64,000 bases of DNA from Salpingoeca rosetta (Eukaryota; Protista; Choanoflagellata): the NCBI GenBank assembly GCA_033442325.1, contig JAWQFM010000001.1, forward strand, positions 2,021,479 to 2,085,478, read 5' to 3'. The translations under genes were made by a program, and so were the position numbers. The notes beneath the pieces were generated by a model. The model was not told the DNA's origin. It made no database searches and worked only from the letters and a program-made list of their open reading frames with translations. How positions within the stretch are numbered: position 1 is the first letter of the stretch; every line of letters begins with the position of its first letter. Of the stretch, positions 1-38,300 are shown one piece after another.

Positions 1-31
1 ACGAAAGCAAAGCGTCGCATCACCGAGTGTG

Positions 32-72
<41 letters not shown>

Positions 73-239
73 GTGTGTGTGTGTGTGCGTGTTGCGCGCA
101 AAGGCATCAGGCTTCATGTTGCTTCGAGTGGCGAGTGGGCAAGGGTGTGCAAATACGTTGATCCTGCAGCACCTCGTCTCACAACACGAGCAGACACGTG
201 CCGGCACTTGTCAAAACAGCACACAGGAAGGCCACAGCG

Positions 240-426
240 TCACAGGGAGCGGGTGTTACCCACTGCCTCCCCAAGATATGTGCTGTACAGCGTCTTGAAG
301 TTGTTTTCCAGACTCATCTTGACAGTCTGTCCACAATCAACACAAACAATAGCAACAGTAGTGTTGGCGTTGATACGAGGCTCGCTTGAGACGTCCACAG
401 TGGAGACGAAAAAGAACACACACACA

Positions 427-487
<61 letters not shown>

Positions 488-685
488 GTGCCATCATGTA
501 GGGTCATTCTACGTGTATTGCCTTATAGTAGGCCTCGTGTCAGGGTTCCCGCCAGCTTTATATTGTGTGCAGCTGACCTAACGTAGCGATCTCTATAAGT
601 TAAACACACCCAATCGGGAACCTCGTACACGGGTTAGTGAAGTGAGCCATATGTCCGGGCGGTCATCAACGAACACACACACAAC

Positions 686-744
<59 letters not shown>

Positions 745-1107
745 CGGAAAGAGTGTGTTCACCTGGCGATCAGTGCGAAGGGCCTGCAGCTGCGCTTTGG
801 TGAGGACATTGCCACGCTTAAACGCAAGCGCGTGTCCAGCCAGAAATGAAGCAGCCGTCAGCGTGACATATGTCCAGGGCGCCGCATATTGGCCAACGAG
901 CGAATCGCCCGCCAGGCGCATGAACAGCGTCACTGCATCTGCACATGTGTGTGTGTGTGAGGGTGGAGGTTAGTGTTACACATGGGGCAGTAGTTTGCTG
1001 CGTCACAATCACAGGCCACACTGCTCCCCTCAACACACGCACACACACACACACACGCACACACACACACACACAGCATATACACGCACGCACGCACACA
1101 CGCACAC

Positions 1108-1155
<48 letters not shown>

Positions 1156-1807
1156 TTCCCGACGTACTGTAGCTGGCAAAGGTGATGGTCCAGAACCAGG
1201 GGGACGCGTGCAGGTCAATCTCGTGCCAAGTTGGTGTGTCCCCAGCAAGCATGGCCACAAGGGCAAGGGCGCCGGCAGCAATCAACAGCACACCCACAGC
1301 CATTAGCACGGCGCCCATCAGAACAAATTGAAGCTGCTTTGCCCGCTTCTTCCTGTATGATGTCAATGCGTTGATGTGTATGTGTGTGTGTGTGTGCGTG
1401 CGTGTGTAAATTTGGGTGGGGTGTGCATGAGAGGGTTATGCATGGGGAGAGGGAGAGGCATGTTAGCATCGGCGCTTGTGTGCGTGACAACAATTGGTTG
1501 ATTGGCACTCACTCCTGCTCGGTGATTGTCTCGTCAATGCTGTTCAGAACAGTCTCAGAGTCACTCTTGAATTGGTTGAGGGAATTCTGCAAGCGATCAC
1601 ATTCCAGCAGTCATGAGAGACGGAGCATCAGGGAGAGGAACATCGACCTGGGATGGCGGCGTAGGCTGAGACGGGGAGAGCGGGAACAGCACACACAGAC
1701 ACACAGACAAACAGACACAGACTCACACATGCACACACACACACACACACACGGACTCACACACGCACATGCACACACACACACACACAGACACACAGAC
1801 AAACAGA

Positions 1808-1856
<49 letters not shown>

Positions 1857-4216
1857 ACACCTGCACGACGTGGTTGATTGTTTCCTTGATGCGCATCTCC
1901 AACTCTTCAATCTGATTTGGGACCCGGCTGTTCTCCAGCGGCTGTGCATCGTCATTTGTTGCGTGGCAGTTGTGAAGTCATGTTGCTGGCTGCGAGGACG
2001 AGGTGTGAAGGTCATAGATGGTGTTCGTGCCCATTGGCAAGTGGGTCGCAAACAGCGAACGGAGCACATTGGATACAAAGCCACACACACTGGCAGCACG
2101 CAACGCAGTATCTCACGTCAGAGTCGTTTGGGATGTAGATGGTGGGCAGTTCAAAGGCAACTTGGTTCAGCGCGGGCCGCCGGCACATGTTCTGGATAAT
2201 CTGCGTTATCACTTTTTGCCGGTCCTTCATTGCGCATGTGAGTGCGTGTGCGTGTATGCGTCCATGTGGGCGCGTGTGCGGTGAATATGAAATGAGAGTG
2301 GGGACAGATTCAAGGAGAATTGTGTTGTGCAATACAGCACGCAAGCGGCCCTTGTTGTCTCGTCCTCACCAACATCTTGCTTCTCTCTCCACTTGTCACA
2401 AAGCATGGCTGCGCGCACCTGGTCTGTGCCGGCGGTGTCTGCCTTTGAGAGGTAGTACCTGATCTTGTGGTGGTTGTCACCGCACTGGGCCTGAAGTGCC
2501 TCCACAATGTCCAGTGATCGTTTCGACAGCGCCTGACCAATGGGGTCAAAGAACACCACAATCAGGTCTGCCATCTGCCCTGCTCGCGCGTGTGTGAATA
2601 TTTGTGTGTGTGTGCGAATGTTTTATGTGTGCGCGTGTGCAGGTGTTCATGCAATAGTGTATGTGTATGCGTGTGCGTGTGTGCATAGGTGAGGCGAAAA
2701 AGGGCACGGCAGCTGTACCAATGACTTTTCTGGGGACAAAACAAACATCAAAATGTTGCGGCAGTGATGACTTTGAAGCTACGTTGCTGTGGCCCTGCCT
2801 ACTTACCCAGGTTGAGAAGAGCCCTCTTGATGTCAAAGGCATACTGCATCTCTCCATCCACCAGCCCAGGCGTGTCCACAAACGTAATCTGTACCGGCAA
2901 GGCAGGCATTGCGGCAGAGCAGAGACAAGCGAAAAGGTAAGATGGGACGACGCACGTGGCTCAACTCCAAGTGGGACACGCAGTCATTCAACGAAATGCC
3001 ACACGCAGAGAGAACCTCTGCACATACACAAACGCGTAAAATCACACGGAGACACGGGACATCCACATGCACTCCCAATACAGATGTGCACGCATGAACA
3101 TGAGCACTGACAAACATGCACACACACACGTACACGTACCAAAGGAAAGGCCTTTTGGCGAGACGCAGACACCTCTGTGACAATGCTGCTCTTCAACCCA
3201 GCTTCTTCGACAATGTCCTTGATGAATGGGAACGCTTCAACCGTGGCCTCGCCCTACCATCACAGAGCAACACCAGCAATGCCATCGAGTGCACTGTGAG
3301 AACCCACAGCAGCCACACCACACGCACGCACAACACATAACAGCAACCACAACAGGCATAGACACCAACTACACAAGCAAAGCAGACGCGCAAACAGAAA
3401 TACACACGCACATGCACACGAACACACTACCAGAAACACAAACACTCACATATTCAACCGCACACCCAAACACATACACATGACCCAAAGGTGTTCTACG
3501 CGGTATGTACCCCAAGCTGTTCGCGTCGACGCCCAGAGGTGACAAGGGTGATCTGACTGGTTTCCATTGCCACGCCCGTCTTCTGCAACGTCTCTTCAAT
3601 GTACCTGTGCAAGGGAGCAAGAGATTACATGAACACGATGGGAAAGCATAAGACAGCACCATGTGCGGCGAGCGCATACTCACACACTCTCACGCACACA
3701 CACTCACTCACACGCACACGCACACACACACACACACACAAACACACATACACAAACACACACACATACACAAACACACACTTACACGCACACACTCACA
3801 CACTCACACACACACACACAAACACACACACACATACCATCTCCACAAACAAGAACCAACTCTTCGTTCTGAGCTCAGCAACACAACATGCAGGCACTGG
3901 CCCCGTCCTCTTGGTCACACCAGTTGATGAAGGTGCTCTTGCCGGCCGAGTGGTTGCCGATGAGTAGGACGGTGATCTTCTCTCGGGGCGGAAGCAGCTG
4001 CCTGCCAACCTTCCTACCAATGTCAATCAGGCCCGTCTGTGGCTGTGTGTACAGCTCGCGCAGGTGTGCGATGATCTTCTCGTTGATGCGGTTGTGGCTT
4101 GTGCCGGTGGCTGTGCCCGTAGTCGGCTGCAGCGAGGAGGAGGACGACGACGATGTCGCATGTCGGCCCCCGCGGTCGCCACCGGCGTTCTTGCTGCCCG
4201 TATCGCGTACCATCAC
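240..4216 (-). CDS. Dynamin-superfamily (EHD/sarcalumenin-like) P-loop GTPase with C-terminal transmembrane helices; multi-exon
   Basis: Spliced exons give G1 [21 protein letters not shown]2 region [10 protein letters not shown]3 [23 protein letters not shown]4 YLSKAD, a helical region [19 protein letters not shown], then hydrophobic segments ([27 protein letters not shown]; [17 protein letters not shown]). Last exon ends ...GNTRSL* at 240. Confidence 0.8.
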
Positions 4217-4307
4217 CGTGGGTAGTCGGCGCGCTGTACGTCGCTGAATGAATGCGCCATTTGTTCACTTCATGTCACCCCAACACAAACAAAGAGAAAG
4301 ACGAACA

Positions 4308-4339
<32 letters not shown>

Positions 4340-4551
4340 GCAGTTCCGCAACAGCCAAGCAAGCCACAAGTGCACCGCAGCCTTCTTGTTGTTGTGTGTG
4401 TCAGCCATCTTCTGGCAAACAAGACAGACGGGTTTTTCTCGCACACTCTTGACAACACAAAGCACAAAGCAAGCAAGCAACTGTGCTTGCTTCTCCAACT
4501 ACTGCATCCTGTGCATCCATCCATCCATCGATTGATGTAAAGATCGCCGGG

Positions 4552-9112
<4,561 letters not shown>

Positions 9113-9409
9113 CATGCACGCGGACGCCCTGTAGCGTGCATGTACGGTGGGCGGACCACAACGGCTAAATCTCTGGCTTCGACAGCTTCATATGTCAGTG
9201 GAGGAGGGGGTTGTTTGTTTGTTTGTTGGTTTGGTTGGTTGTTGTTGTTGGTTTGGTTATTGTTGTTTGTGTGGTGCGCGCTTGCAGTTGTACTGCGAAG
9301 TATGCATGGCCAGTTGGTTGTTTTGATCAAAAAGCTCCCTCAATGACGAAACAGGAAGCAGGAGACGAAGGGGGTGGGGTGGGGGGAAGATGGGGAGCGG
9401 GAGCGCGTG

Positions 9410-9474
<65 letters not shown>

Positions 9475-9575
9475 GCAGACACACACACACGCACGCAGAC
9501 ACACACAGGTACGACGATTTGAAGGTGTCGGAGTGAATTTTCTGCACTGTCGTTTCTCTTGCAAGACGAGCGACG

Positions 9576-18350
<8,775 letters not shown>

Positions 18351-19025
18351 TCCATTGCACATGTGCATGTGTGTGCAATGTCAACTTTTGGTGGCCGCCT
18401 TGTTGTCTATTCTAGTTGTGACAGAGACCAGGGAGGGGGTGGGGCGTGTGACGTTGTGCTTGAATGTGCTTGGCATGCAAGCAAGGGCCAGACTTCGCGA
18501 ACGAAAAAAAATTACAGATGTAAGCGAAAACACACGCTCATGTTGAATGTAGAGATCAAATAATTTGTGTGCATGGCATGCGCGTCCGTTGTAGGGGAGA
18601 AAGTGCACATGAAACGTAAACACGGTGGTGGTGCTGTGGGTCCGCACAGGGATGGAGAAGGGGGGGGGGGGCGTTGTTCACGAAAGTCAGACAAACAACC
18701 ACAGCATGAGACAACAAACACATGAATGACACAACAACTCCCAAACAGAAACAACAACCACCACAACTACAACACCACATTCTCAGGCCCCCGCCACAGT
18801 CAGGGAAGAACAAGGGGCTGTTGGTAACAAGGAGAAGGAGGAGGGGGGGGGGCGGTGATGATGGTGACGCAGCACAACCGACTTTTGCTCTTTTGCTCGT
18901 AGGTGTCACATCGTGTCAAAGTGTGCTCGAGAATGTGGTGTGGCATGTAACTCGTGTCCTGCTCACGCGTGTAGAGGAACAAAAAACGTGCGTGGTGCTC
19001 ACTCGTATGTGTACACATGCACCGT

Positions 19026-23229
<4,204 letters not shown>

Positions 23230-23433
23230 GGCGTTGATGGTGTTGATGACGTTGATGGTGGTGTTGATGGTGTTGATGCTGAATGCGAAGAACAGAGGAG
23301 AACGATATTGTTTGAACCGTGACTGGCTGGCTGGCTGACTGGGCAACGTCAACGCACGACGGCGGTTCTGATGTCCTCGTTGTGGCGTGTGTGTCCTTTG
23401 CAAAAGCACTTCGACCTATTTATAGGACCAACC

Positions 23434-23491
<58 letters not shown>

Positions 23492-23780
23492 GTTGTTGTT
23501 GTTGTTCTTGCGCCATCTTTCATTCGCGATTGAGGAAAGCATCCTAAGCGTGGACTCCGGGCTTCCGGTGTGTACCGCGTTGATTTAGTAGGTCCTCTGC
23601 GGAGCTGTGTGTTAGAATAACAATTCAACTATACTGATAGTGCGTGTTGTTCATGTTCTCGGAGATCGTCAAGGGATTTATAGATCTGGAATGAACATCG
23701 TCCCGGAGAGGGAACAGGCGGATATAACATACGGATGCACCCATGACTACGTACCTACTTTATTAGGTACGAACCAACCT

Positions 23781-23839
<59 letters not shown>

Positions 23840-24417
23840 GTTGTTGTTGTTGTTTCACATCTCACGTCAAAGCCTCACACTTCACAGAACACCATGTCAT
23901 GCCACTCTTCGCGTGTGTGTGGTTGGCACCTTTTGTGTTTACTTCTTGTGTTTGTGTGGATTGAAAGGAAAAGAACAGGCACATCGACAGACGGCAGTTG
24001 GTGTTTGTTTGTGTGTAACAGAACAGAACATTGCGCTTAGCATCACAGTCACAGGATGCACGCAAATAGACGCGCGCACTCTCAGTTCCACAGTCTCCCA
24101 AGTGCCCTTGCTGGTGCCAAAGCAAAGACACACGCACACAAATTCACGTACATTCATACACTCCCGCACTCACGCGAAACAAGAACCACGTTCATTCATA
24201 CAAATACACGCACATTCACATTCACACACGCACATTCACATTCACAATGCACACATTCACATTCACACACAATACACGCATTCACATTCACACATAAACA
24301 CACACACACACGCACGCACACTGTCTCCCCGCCTCCCGCAAAGGGTCACAGAGGCATGCGCATGTGAGAGCAGCCACAGCCCCTGCTGCTGTTGCCAGGG
24401 GAAGCAAGCCTGCCATG

Positions 24418-24440
24418 CTACTGTCCGTGCATGTGCATGC

Positions 24441-24471
<31 letters not shown>

Positions 24472-25673
24472 CTGTTGTTGTTGTTGCGCGTGCGGATGCA
24501 GCATGGGATGCTGCCCACGCATGTAGAAGTGTGGAGGGGCACCCATCATATGGGGAGGAACACCGCCACCGTGCATGCGCGACTGGTGTTGCTGCTGCTG
24601 CTGCTGCTGTTGTTGTTGTTGATGTTGATGATGTTGATGATGTTGTTGTTGATGGTGGTAATGCTGCTGTTGTTGGTGCTGCTGCAGTGTGTGCTGGTTG
24701 CGGTTGTGGTTGTGGTTCGCGCCCTGTTGCGGGTGCTGGTGAGGTGCAGACACATGACCCATCATCGGCTTGTGCTGCTGCTGCTGGTGGTGTTGTTGTT
24801 GCTGATGCTGTTGTTGCTGTTGCTGCTGGTGGGCTGGGTCGAGGCTTGGCGGGCCCTGCGGCATGGGCTGGCCCCGCTGTGCCCTCAACAGCGCCTCCTG
24901 TCATGCACACGCACCGGTGGGAGGTGAACGTGTGCGGCATCCAGTCCCAAGCAACCCCAGCCACCAAACAACACAGGTATTCAGCATCACACACACACAC
25001 ACACCTACACACACCTACACATTCCTACCTCCTGCAAGTCCCGGAGGAATTTGGCGTCAAAGAATTCCCCGGGCGCCGTTGCATCGTCGCGCGTCAGACC
25101 AACGAACCCTGACGGGTGGGTGATGATGAGTTGTGGTGAGGAGTTGTGGTGGTCATGGGGGAGCAGGTGCACAGCCAATCAGGAATGTGATTGCACCGCA
25201 CACATGGCTCGCAGAAACGTCGCCCAACGTGAGAAGAACCAAGCAACAGCCACAAACAGCTGCAGGTTGGCGTACGGTTGTCTGTGGATGAAGCGAAGAA
25301 GCGATCAACAGAGTCGTGTGCCGGGAACGCGTGCGAGGCGAGGACTTGCTCGTGCGCGCTAGGCGACATGGCGCTTTGTGTTTTGTGTTTTGTGTTTTGT
25401 GTTGGCGTTGCGGAACAAAAATGAAGGTGAAGGTGAGATCAAGCAAGACACCATTAAAGCAAGATATCCGCGGCCACACCACACCACACAAACGGACAAA
25501 CAGACAAACAGGTACACAGACAGACGCACATTCACACATGCAGACACGTTGGCATGTGATACGCACAGAAGAGCCGATGTGGGAACAAAGGGAAGGGTGC
25601 ACCTGACGTTGGGAATGCGCTCTGCCACCAGCAAGGGAGAAATGAGGCGCACGCAAAACAGCTCAAGTGTTGT

Positions 25674-25744
<71 letters not shown>

Positions 25745-26804
25745 CACACGCACACACACGCACGCACACACACGGAGCATAGACAACACCTGCCAGCTCA
25801 CCCGGTTCTGGGGCAATGGCGTTATCCAGGGCTGGAACGGGCGGGTGCAGGGCTGGTGGTGGCGGCAGCTGCTGTTGCTGCTGTTGTGCTGCTGCCTGTG
25901 GTGCTTGCGGTGCTGTGGTGGCCTGTTGCTTGAGCATGGAGAGGAGGGCATTGCCTGTGGGCGGCTGCTGCACGGGTGGCTGCGGCGGCGTTTGTTGCGC
26001 CATCATGATAGCAGGGTCGTCCTCCAGGCCTGGCAGCAATAGCGCGAGGAGAGGCGTGGGAGAGGACACAGCATGAGCAGGGTGCTCCATCAAGAGAAGG
26101 AACTGCATGACAGCCATGGACGTGCAACAACCAAACCGCGCATGTACACAGACTGACAGACGCTCTCTCTCAGACACACACAAACAAAACAACCACACAC
26201 ACAGACACATGCATACACACACATACATACACACACACATCTAAGGGAACAGGCTGCGTATACCTGGCGGTGCGCCAATGACAGCAGCGTCGTCCAGCGG
26301 CTCGGGCGATTCCTGCACACACAAACACACATGCACACAGCAGGAAATGAGCAGCTGAAGACATCGCAGGCACAGCAAACACATCATCACGCACACAGGC
26401 GCACACACGCATGCGTGCTGAGTACAAAGGCAGGCAACATACCAGGCCAGGAGGTGGTGGCGGCGGCTGTAAAGGGAATGTGAAAGAAGCAGTGCACAGC
26501 ACACAGTGATGGTGACATTGTCGAAGACAGGTGCCAACAGTCAGTTCAGCAACGCGGCTGGAAGACACAGCCACAAATACAGCCACACAGGCACATCCAC
26601 AACTACCTTCACAGGTACAGGTACAGGCACGTATGCACGCACCTTGGCTTTTGCATGGAGAACATCGCCGGTAGCAATGACAAACGGCTCTATACCCACA
26701 AACAAAATAAATAGAGGCAAGGCATGAGCGAGATCGTGTGGTGACACTGCACGTCTCACCCGCAGCGCTCGCAGTGATTGGACCACTGCAATCTCCACCT
26801 AGCA

Positions 26805-26846
<42 letters not shown>

Positions 26847-27154
26847 ACGCGCGCGTGCAGACGAGCAGATACAGACGCACATACACACACACACAGACGA
26901 GCACACAGTCGTACCGTCATCTGCATCCCAGTCCAGGGCGTCATCGTCATTGTCCCACTCAATATCCTCCTCTTCCTCGAGCTCGGGGAAGGTATCGCGA
27001 AAGCGAGAGTACGATGAAGGGGCGTGGCGGGACGCTGTTCACAACCGGAGCCAACGCACACATGATGAGGAGCAGCCGCCGAGGACCGACTCGCAAATCC
27101 GCAAACCAGTCTTCATGTGCAGACACACAACCAGACAGACACAGGCAGGCAGGC

Positions 27155-27199
<45 letters not shown>

Positions 27200-27924
27200 G
27201 GAAGACGCACAGGCGCAGACACAGATACAGACACACACACACGCACAAATATAGATACAGACACACATAAGCACGAGCACAGATGCAGACACACACACAC
27301 ACAGGCATGGGCAGGCGGCAGGACTCCTCCCCGCTGCTTTGCTTACATGGGGCGGGAAAACCAGAGTGCTTGGACTTCCAAGAGTCACTGTATGACAACG
27401 AGTGTAAAGAGGCAAGCCCAAACCAAATGTGAGCTGGTAGCCCTCAGCAAAGCACACAAAACCACACACAATATCTGCAACAGACAGCCACTGTGTTCCC
27501 CACAGCATGAGGAACCGTACGGTGCGGGGCGGAAATGGCTGGCTGACGAAGGTGTTGGCCTCGACGCGGCTGCAAGCAGTGAAGGGCACGAGACAGCAGT
27601 GTCAACGATCCAATTCAAGTTCACATCACGCAGCCCACACACCCACACACACACACTCGAAATACAAACAATCCGTTCAGGCACACGCCCGAACAGAAAG
27701 GCTCGACAAACGGGCCTCATGCATGTCCATCACAAATCCCGCTCCATCGCTCGCTTGCGCTGTGTTGCAGACACGACACAGCGCTGAGCTTTACATTTGA
27801 AGATGCGTTGCAGGGAGGCGATGTTCTCTGGCGCGACTTTGCACTGCGGCTTGTCCTTCAGGGACAGCATGAACCCGAGCGTGTATGCGCCAGGATAAGG
27901 CACACAGATCGCCTCGTCACCCAT
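24418..27924 (-). CDS. Low-complexity Q/P/H-rich protein with N-terminal eIF4E-binding-type motif (candidate 4E-T/EIF4ENIF1-like); multi-exon
   Basis: Exon 1 is MGDEAICVPYPGAYTLGFMLSLKDKPQCKVAPENI. Internal exons include HEDWFADL, FPELEEEEDIEWDNDDDALDWDADD and NALLSMLKQQ. An in-frame 3' chain (19-nt exon 25603-25621, SVDRFFASS, EFFDAKFLRDLQE) leads to a Q-rich last exon ending HMHGQ* at 24418. Some middle exons are uncertain. Confidence 0.6.
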
Positions 27925-28312
27925 GACGCCCCGGCTGGTTGTTTGTGCTTGTGTGCGGTTGACCGCGGTTGTGGACTGGAATTGGGAAATTTATTGTAAC
28001 ATACCAACCAATAATCGACACATCGGTCGCTCTTGCTCTTTGCAGCTGCAACAAGGCAGAGGAGGTTGAGGGCGGGGTGGTGTCGTCATGTCCTTGTCAT
28101 GTCATGTAACAAACAGCCAATGAAGAACACGGCAATCAGCATTGAAGCGAGAGATGGTCAAAGCGCCATTGTTTTGATTAGGAATAGAGGGTGTCAGACG
28201 GTACCTGAAGACACACACACACACATGATGACAGGCCACATTCATGCACATCCACGACACACACATACTTGCGCAGCTTGTTGTAGTGTGTGGTCTGAGT
28301 TTCGCGTTCACA

Positions 28313-35222
<6,910 letters not shown>

Positions 35223-35353
35223 CAATCACAACAACAGCAACAACAACAACGGCACAGACACAACAACAGCGGTTGTGTCAAGCGAGCGAGCAGTTTGTTG
35301 GGGATGGAAGTTGGGAAGATTTGCTTTGTTTTCCATTAACAATCGGCACCGCC
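35223..35353. promoter_or_regulatory. Putative bidirectional promoter between CASP and the TAF1C-like gene
   Basis: Divergent ATGs are 131 bp apart. Inferred from gene geometry only. Confidence 0.45.
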
Positions 35354-38300
35354 ATGGCGTTTGTGGCGCAGCCAGGACACGAACGGTGCGAGAGCAAGCG
35401 GCGTGGGTCGTGGTGGTGGTGGTGGTGGTGGTGGTCTGGTCGTGTGTGTGTGTGTGTGTGTGCATGTGTGTGTGCACAGTGAATTTCATGTTCTCACTTG
35501 CAGTTGCATTCATGTCATGGGCCCTGTTCATCTCATCCAGGACTCTGAACAGCTTCGGGGTCCGGGGATACAGCACTATCAACCCAGATGACTTCCGCCA
35601 TGCCCCAAGTGAGTGCACATGGCACTCATGAACATACACACACATGCATATGAGCGCGTACACGTAACCTTGCCACAGGAAAGTCTATCCATTTGGTTAC
35701 ATGAGCATGTTCACACACACACTTTCTCTCTCTCATGCACACTCACGCCCACACACACACACACACTCTCTCTCTCTCTCTCATACACCCCACTCTCACA
35801 TGTGTTGTGTACAATTTGCGTATGACCTGAAGTATACGAGTCCATACACGGCTACCGGCCAGCATTCTCGTCCCGCACCACTGATGGTAGGGTGTTTAAG
35901 CTGTGTCGTCACATGTCGAGTCATTTGCGCTGCCGGTTGGTCTGTACACATCAGGCAAAGTTTGTGTGTATCTGTTGCTCGTGGCCTCACCCACCCTCCT
36001 CTACCGACATGCACGTTGCGATGCAACCTTTGGGCCAGAGCACACGAAAGCCTTTGTTGCCTGTGAGATGGACAAAGAGGAGAAAGATGCACAGGCCCTC
36101 TACTGGCGTGGTCGGGCAGACGATGATGCACGGGTACGTACCCAACCTCATGTGCGAACGGACGGAGTAGCACATGGTGATGTGCTCATCGTATCGACTA
36201 TGCTGCCTGTGCTCGTCACGACACATTGCCATCCTCACGCATGCGGTTCTCTGTGTCACTCTCTGTCTCTGTGTGTTTCTGTGTCTCTCTGTGTCTCTCT
36301 GTGTCTCTGCGTGTGTCGGCTGGCATGTTGCAGTGGTATTGGCGAGAGCACAAGATCGACAAGCTCGGACGCGAGGATACGCTGCCCTACATCAGGGAGA
36401 GCCTCGAGTACAAAGACCCGCACTGCCCGCCGGTAGGTGTATGCGATGAATGGCGCTTTCACTCAAGCGTGATGCTGCTGGTTTGTGTTGCATCCGCCCG
36501 TCAATGGCAAGCGAGTGCGGTTATGTTCGTTGTTGTTGGCGCCAAGGCCACGCATTCGCAGCCACTTGTGTGAACGTTGCGTTTGTTGTTGTGTGTTGCT
36601 GACTGAGCCCTGTTGGTGCGTGTGTCCGATGACCAGCGCAATGCGTTGGCACACATGCCGCACCCGTCCAAGCACGGCGTAGCGGCAGTGTTCTGCACAA
36701 ACGGCATCTGTGAAAACAAGGTGTGCGTCCGCTGCGTCGCCAGCTGCCCACTCGGCTTTGCTGTGAGACCCGATCGGATGGTCAAGTTTGACGCGGGCAG
36801 GCGTGTTCAAGAGGTGCGTGGCATTGTCTGGCACTGCAGTGGTATTATGTAACACAACACGCGTCTGCAGGAAGTTGCGTGCACTATCTCATCCCTCACC
36901 CCTACCTTGCCACTGGCTCGTGTCATTGCTTCCCTGCTGGTATTGCGTGTTATCCCGTTCTTTCTCTTTAACCACATTTGTCTCCACGTTGCTCGTGCGT
37001 TTGGACCAACGACTCACTGACGTTGCACGCGACCTTTATGTGCTCTCAACTCACTTGTTCTTGCACCTGTGTGCGTGCGTATGTTCTGCGACGCTGTCTT
37101 GCTGCAGATCACCATCAAACAGTACACACCTGAGCAGGCACTCACGCTTGTGCGCCGCCCAGTATCCTACGAGTTGTATCGTTTCGACCCAACTTTCACC
37201 GACTGGCAACTGTGGTACCAATACGACGTAAGTGCTCGACCAATAGTCGCCTCTGTTGTGTGTTTTGCGCGGTGCTGGGCTTGTGTCTTGGATCGTATCT
37301 TCAATCATGTGTGTGTTGGGGGGGGGGGCAACACGAGTGCTCCCTTTTGCATCTTCACCATCACCGCCGCTGCTGGCAATGCGCACCAACTCGCTCAGAC
37401 CACAGCGCACAGTTTTGCTCCTTCACGATCCTTCATCTACATCACTACACGCACACGAACATCAACGCCCGCCCACATATGCACACTCACACACACGCAC
37501 GCACGTACTCTCACACACACACGCACACACATACTCTCACACACACACACACACACACATTCTCTCTCTCTCTCATACACACATTCTTTCACTCACACGC
37601 ACTCACACGCACACACACATATGCACACACACACTCTCTCACACGCACACACATATGTACGCACACACACACATACACACACATACACACACACGCACGA
37701 CAGTACCGGTTCAACTCGAAGATGACTGAGCCGCTAATTCGGCTGACAACACCTGCACGGCTGCACGCTGCTGCCATGAGCGACTGTGGGGCGGGCCAGG
37801 TTGTGATTGCCACCAACAAGCGCGTCTCGCTCATTGACGTGTCTGCTGGCAGTGCGCGCACGCGCGGGAGCGTCCGCGTTCCAGACACGGTGGACATGTG
37901 GTCCTTTGCAGACCTGCTACCCTCACAGCAGCCGCACGTGCAGCTGCTCTGGTCGCCGGGTGGCGTGCACGCGTGCGACTTTCGCATGCGGGAGATGACG
38001 CAGATCACGTCGTACGACGCGTGGCACCACACCGTGGCCGAGATTCGCCGCAACAACTACCAGCCCGTCTCCGGGTTCACGTGTGCCGCGTCGCTTGAGA
38101 GCACAGGCATGGATCATCTGACCGTGGGCGTGACGCAATCGCACATGCACGCCATCGACATTCGCAACGGGGCGGCGCCTGCCCTGACCATTGCGCACGA
38201 CTGCGCGTCCCGCATCACCATGATGCAAGTCGTGCCAGGCGCACGGGGCCGCGAGAGCGCCGGATTTGATGTCCTGTTCATGGAGCCCGAGACACGTCGC

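Noticed and set aside
1-239. Possible last exons of an upstream plus-strand gene
   Set aside because: GT/AG-like sites exist but give no recognisable product. It could equally be the GTPase 3'UTR.
24418-27924. DCP1/DCP2 or GIGYF orthologue call
   Set aside because: No EVH1, Nudix or GYF domain is recognisable in the exons.
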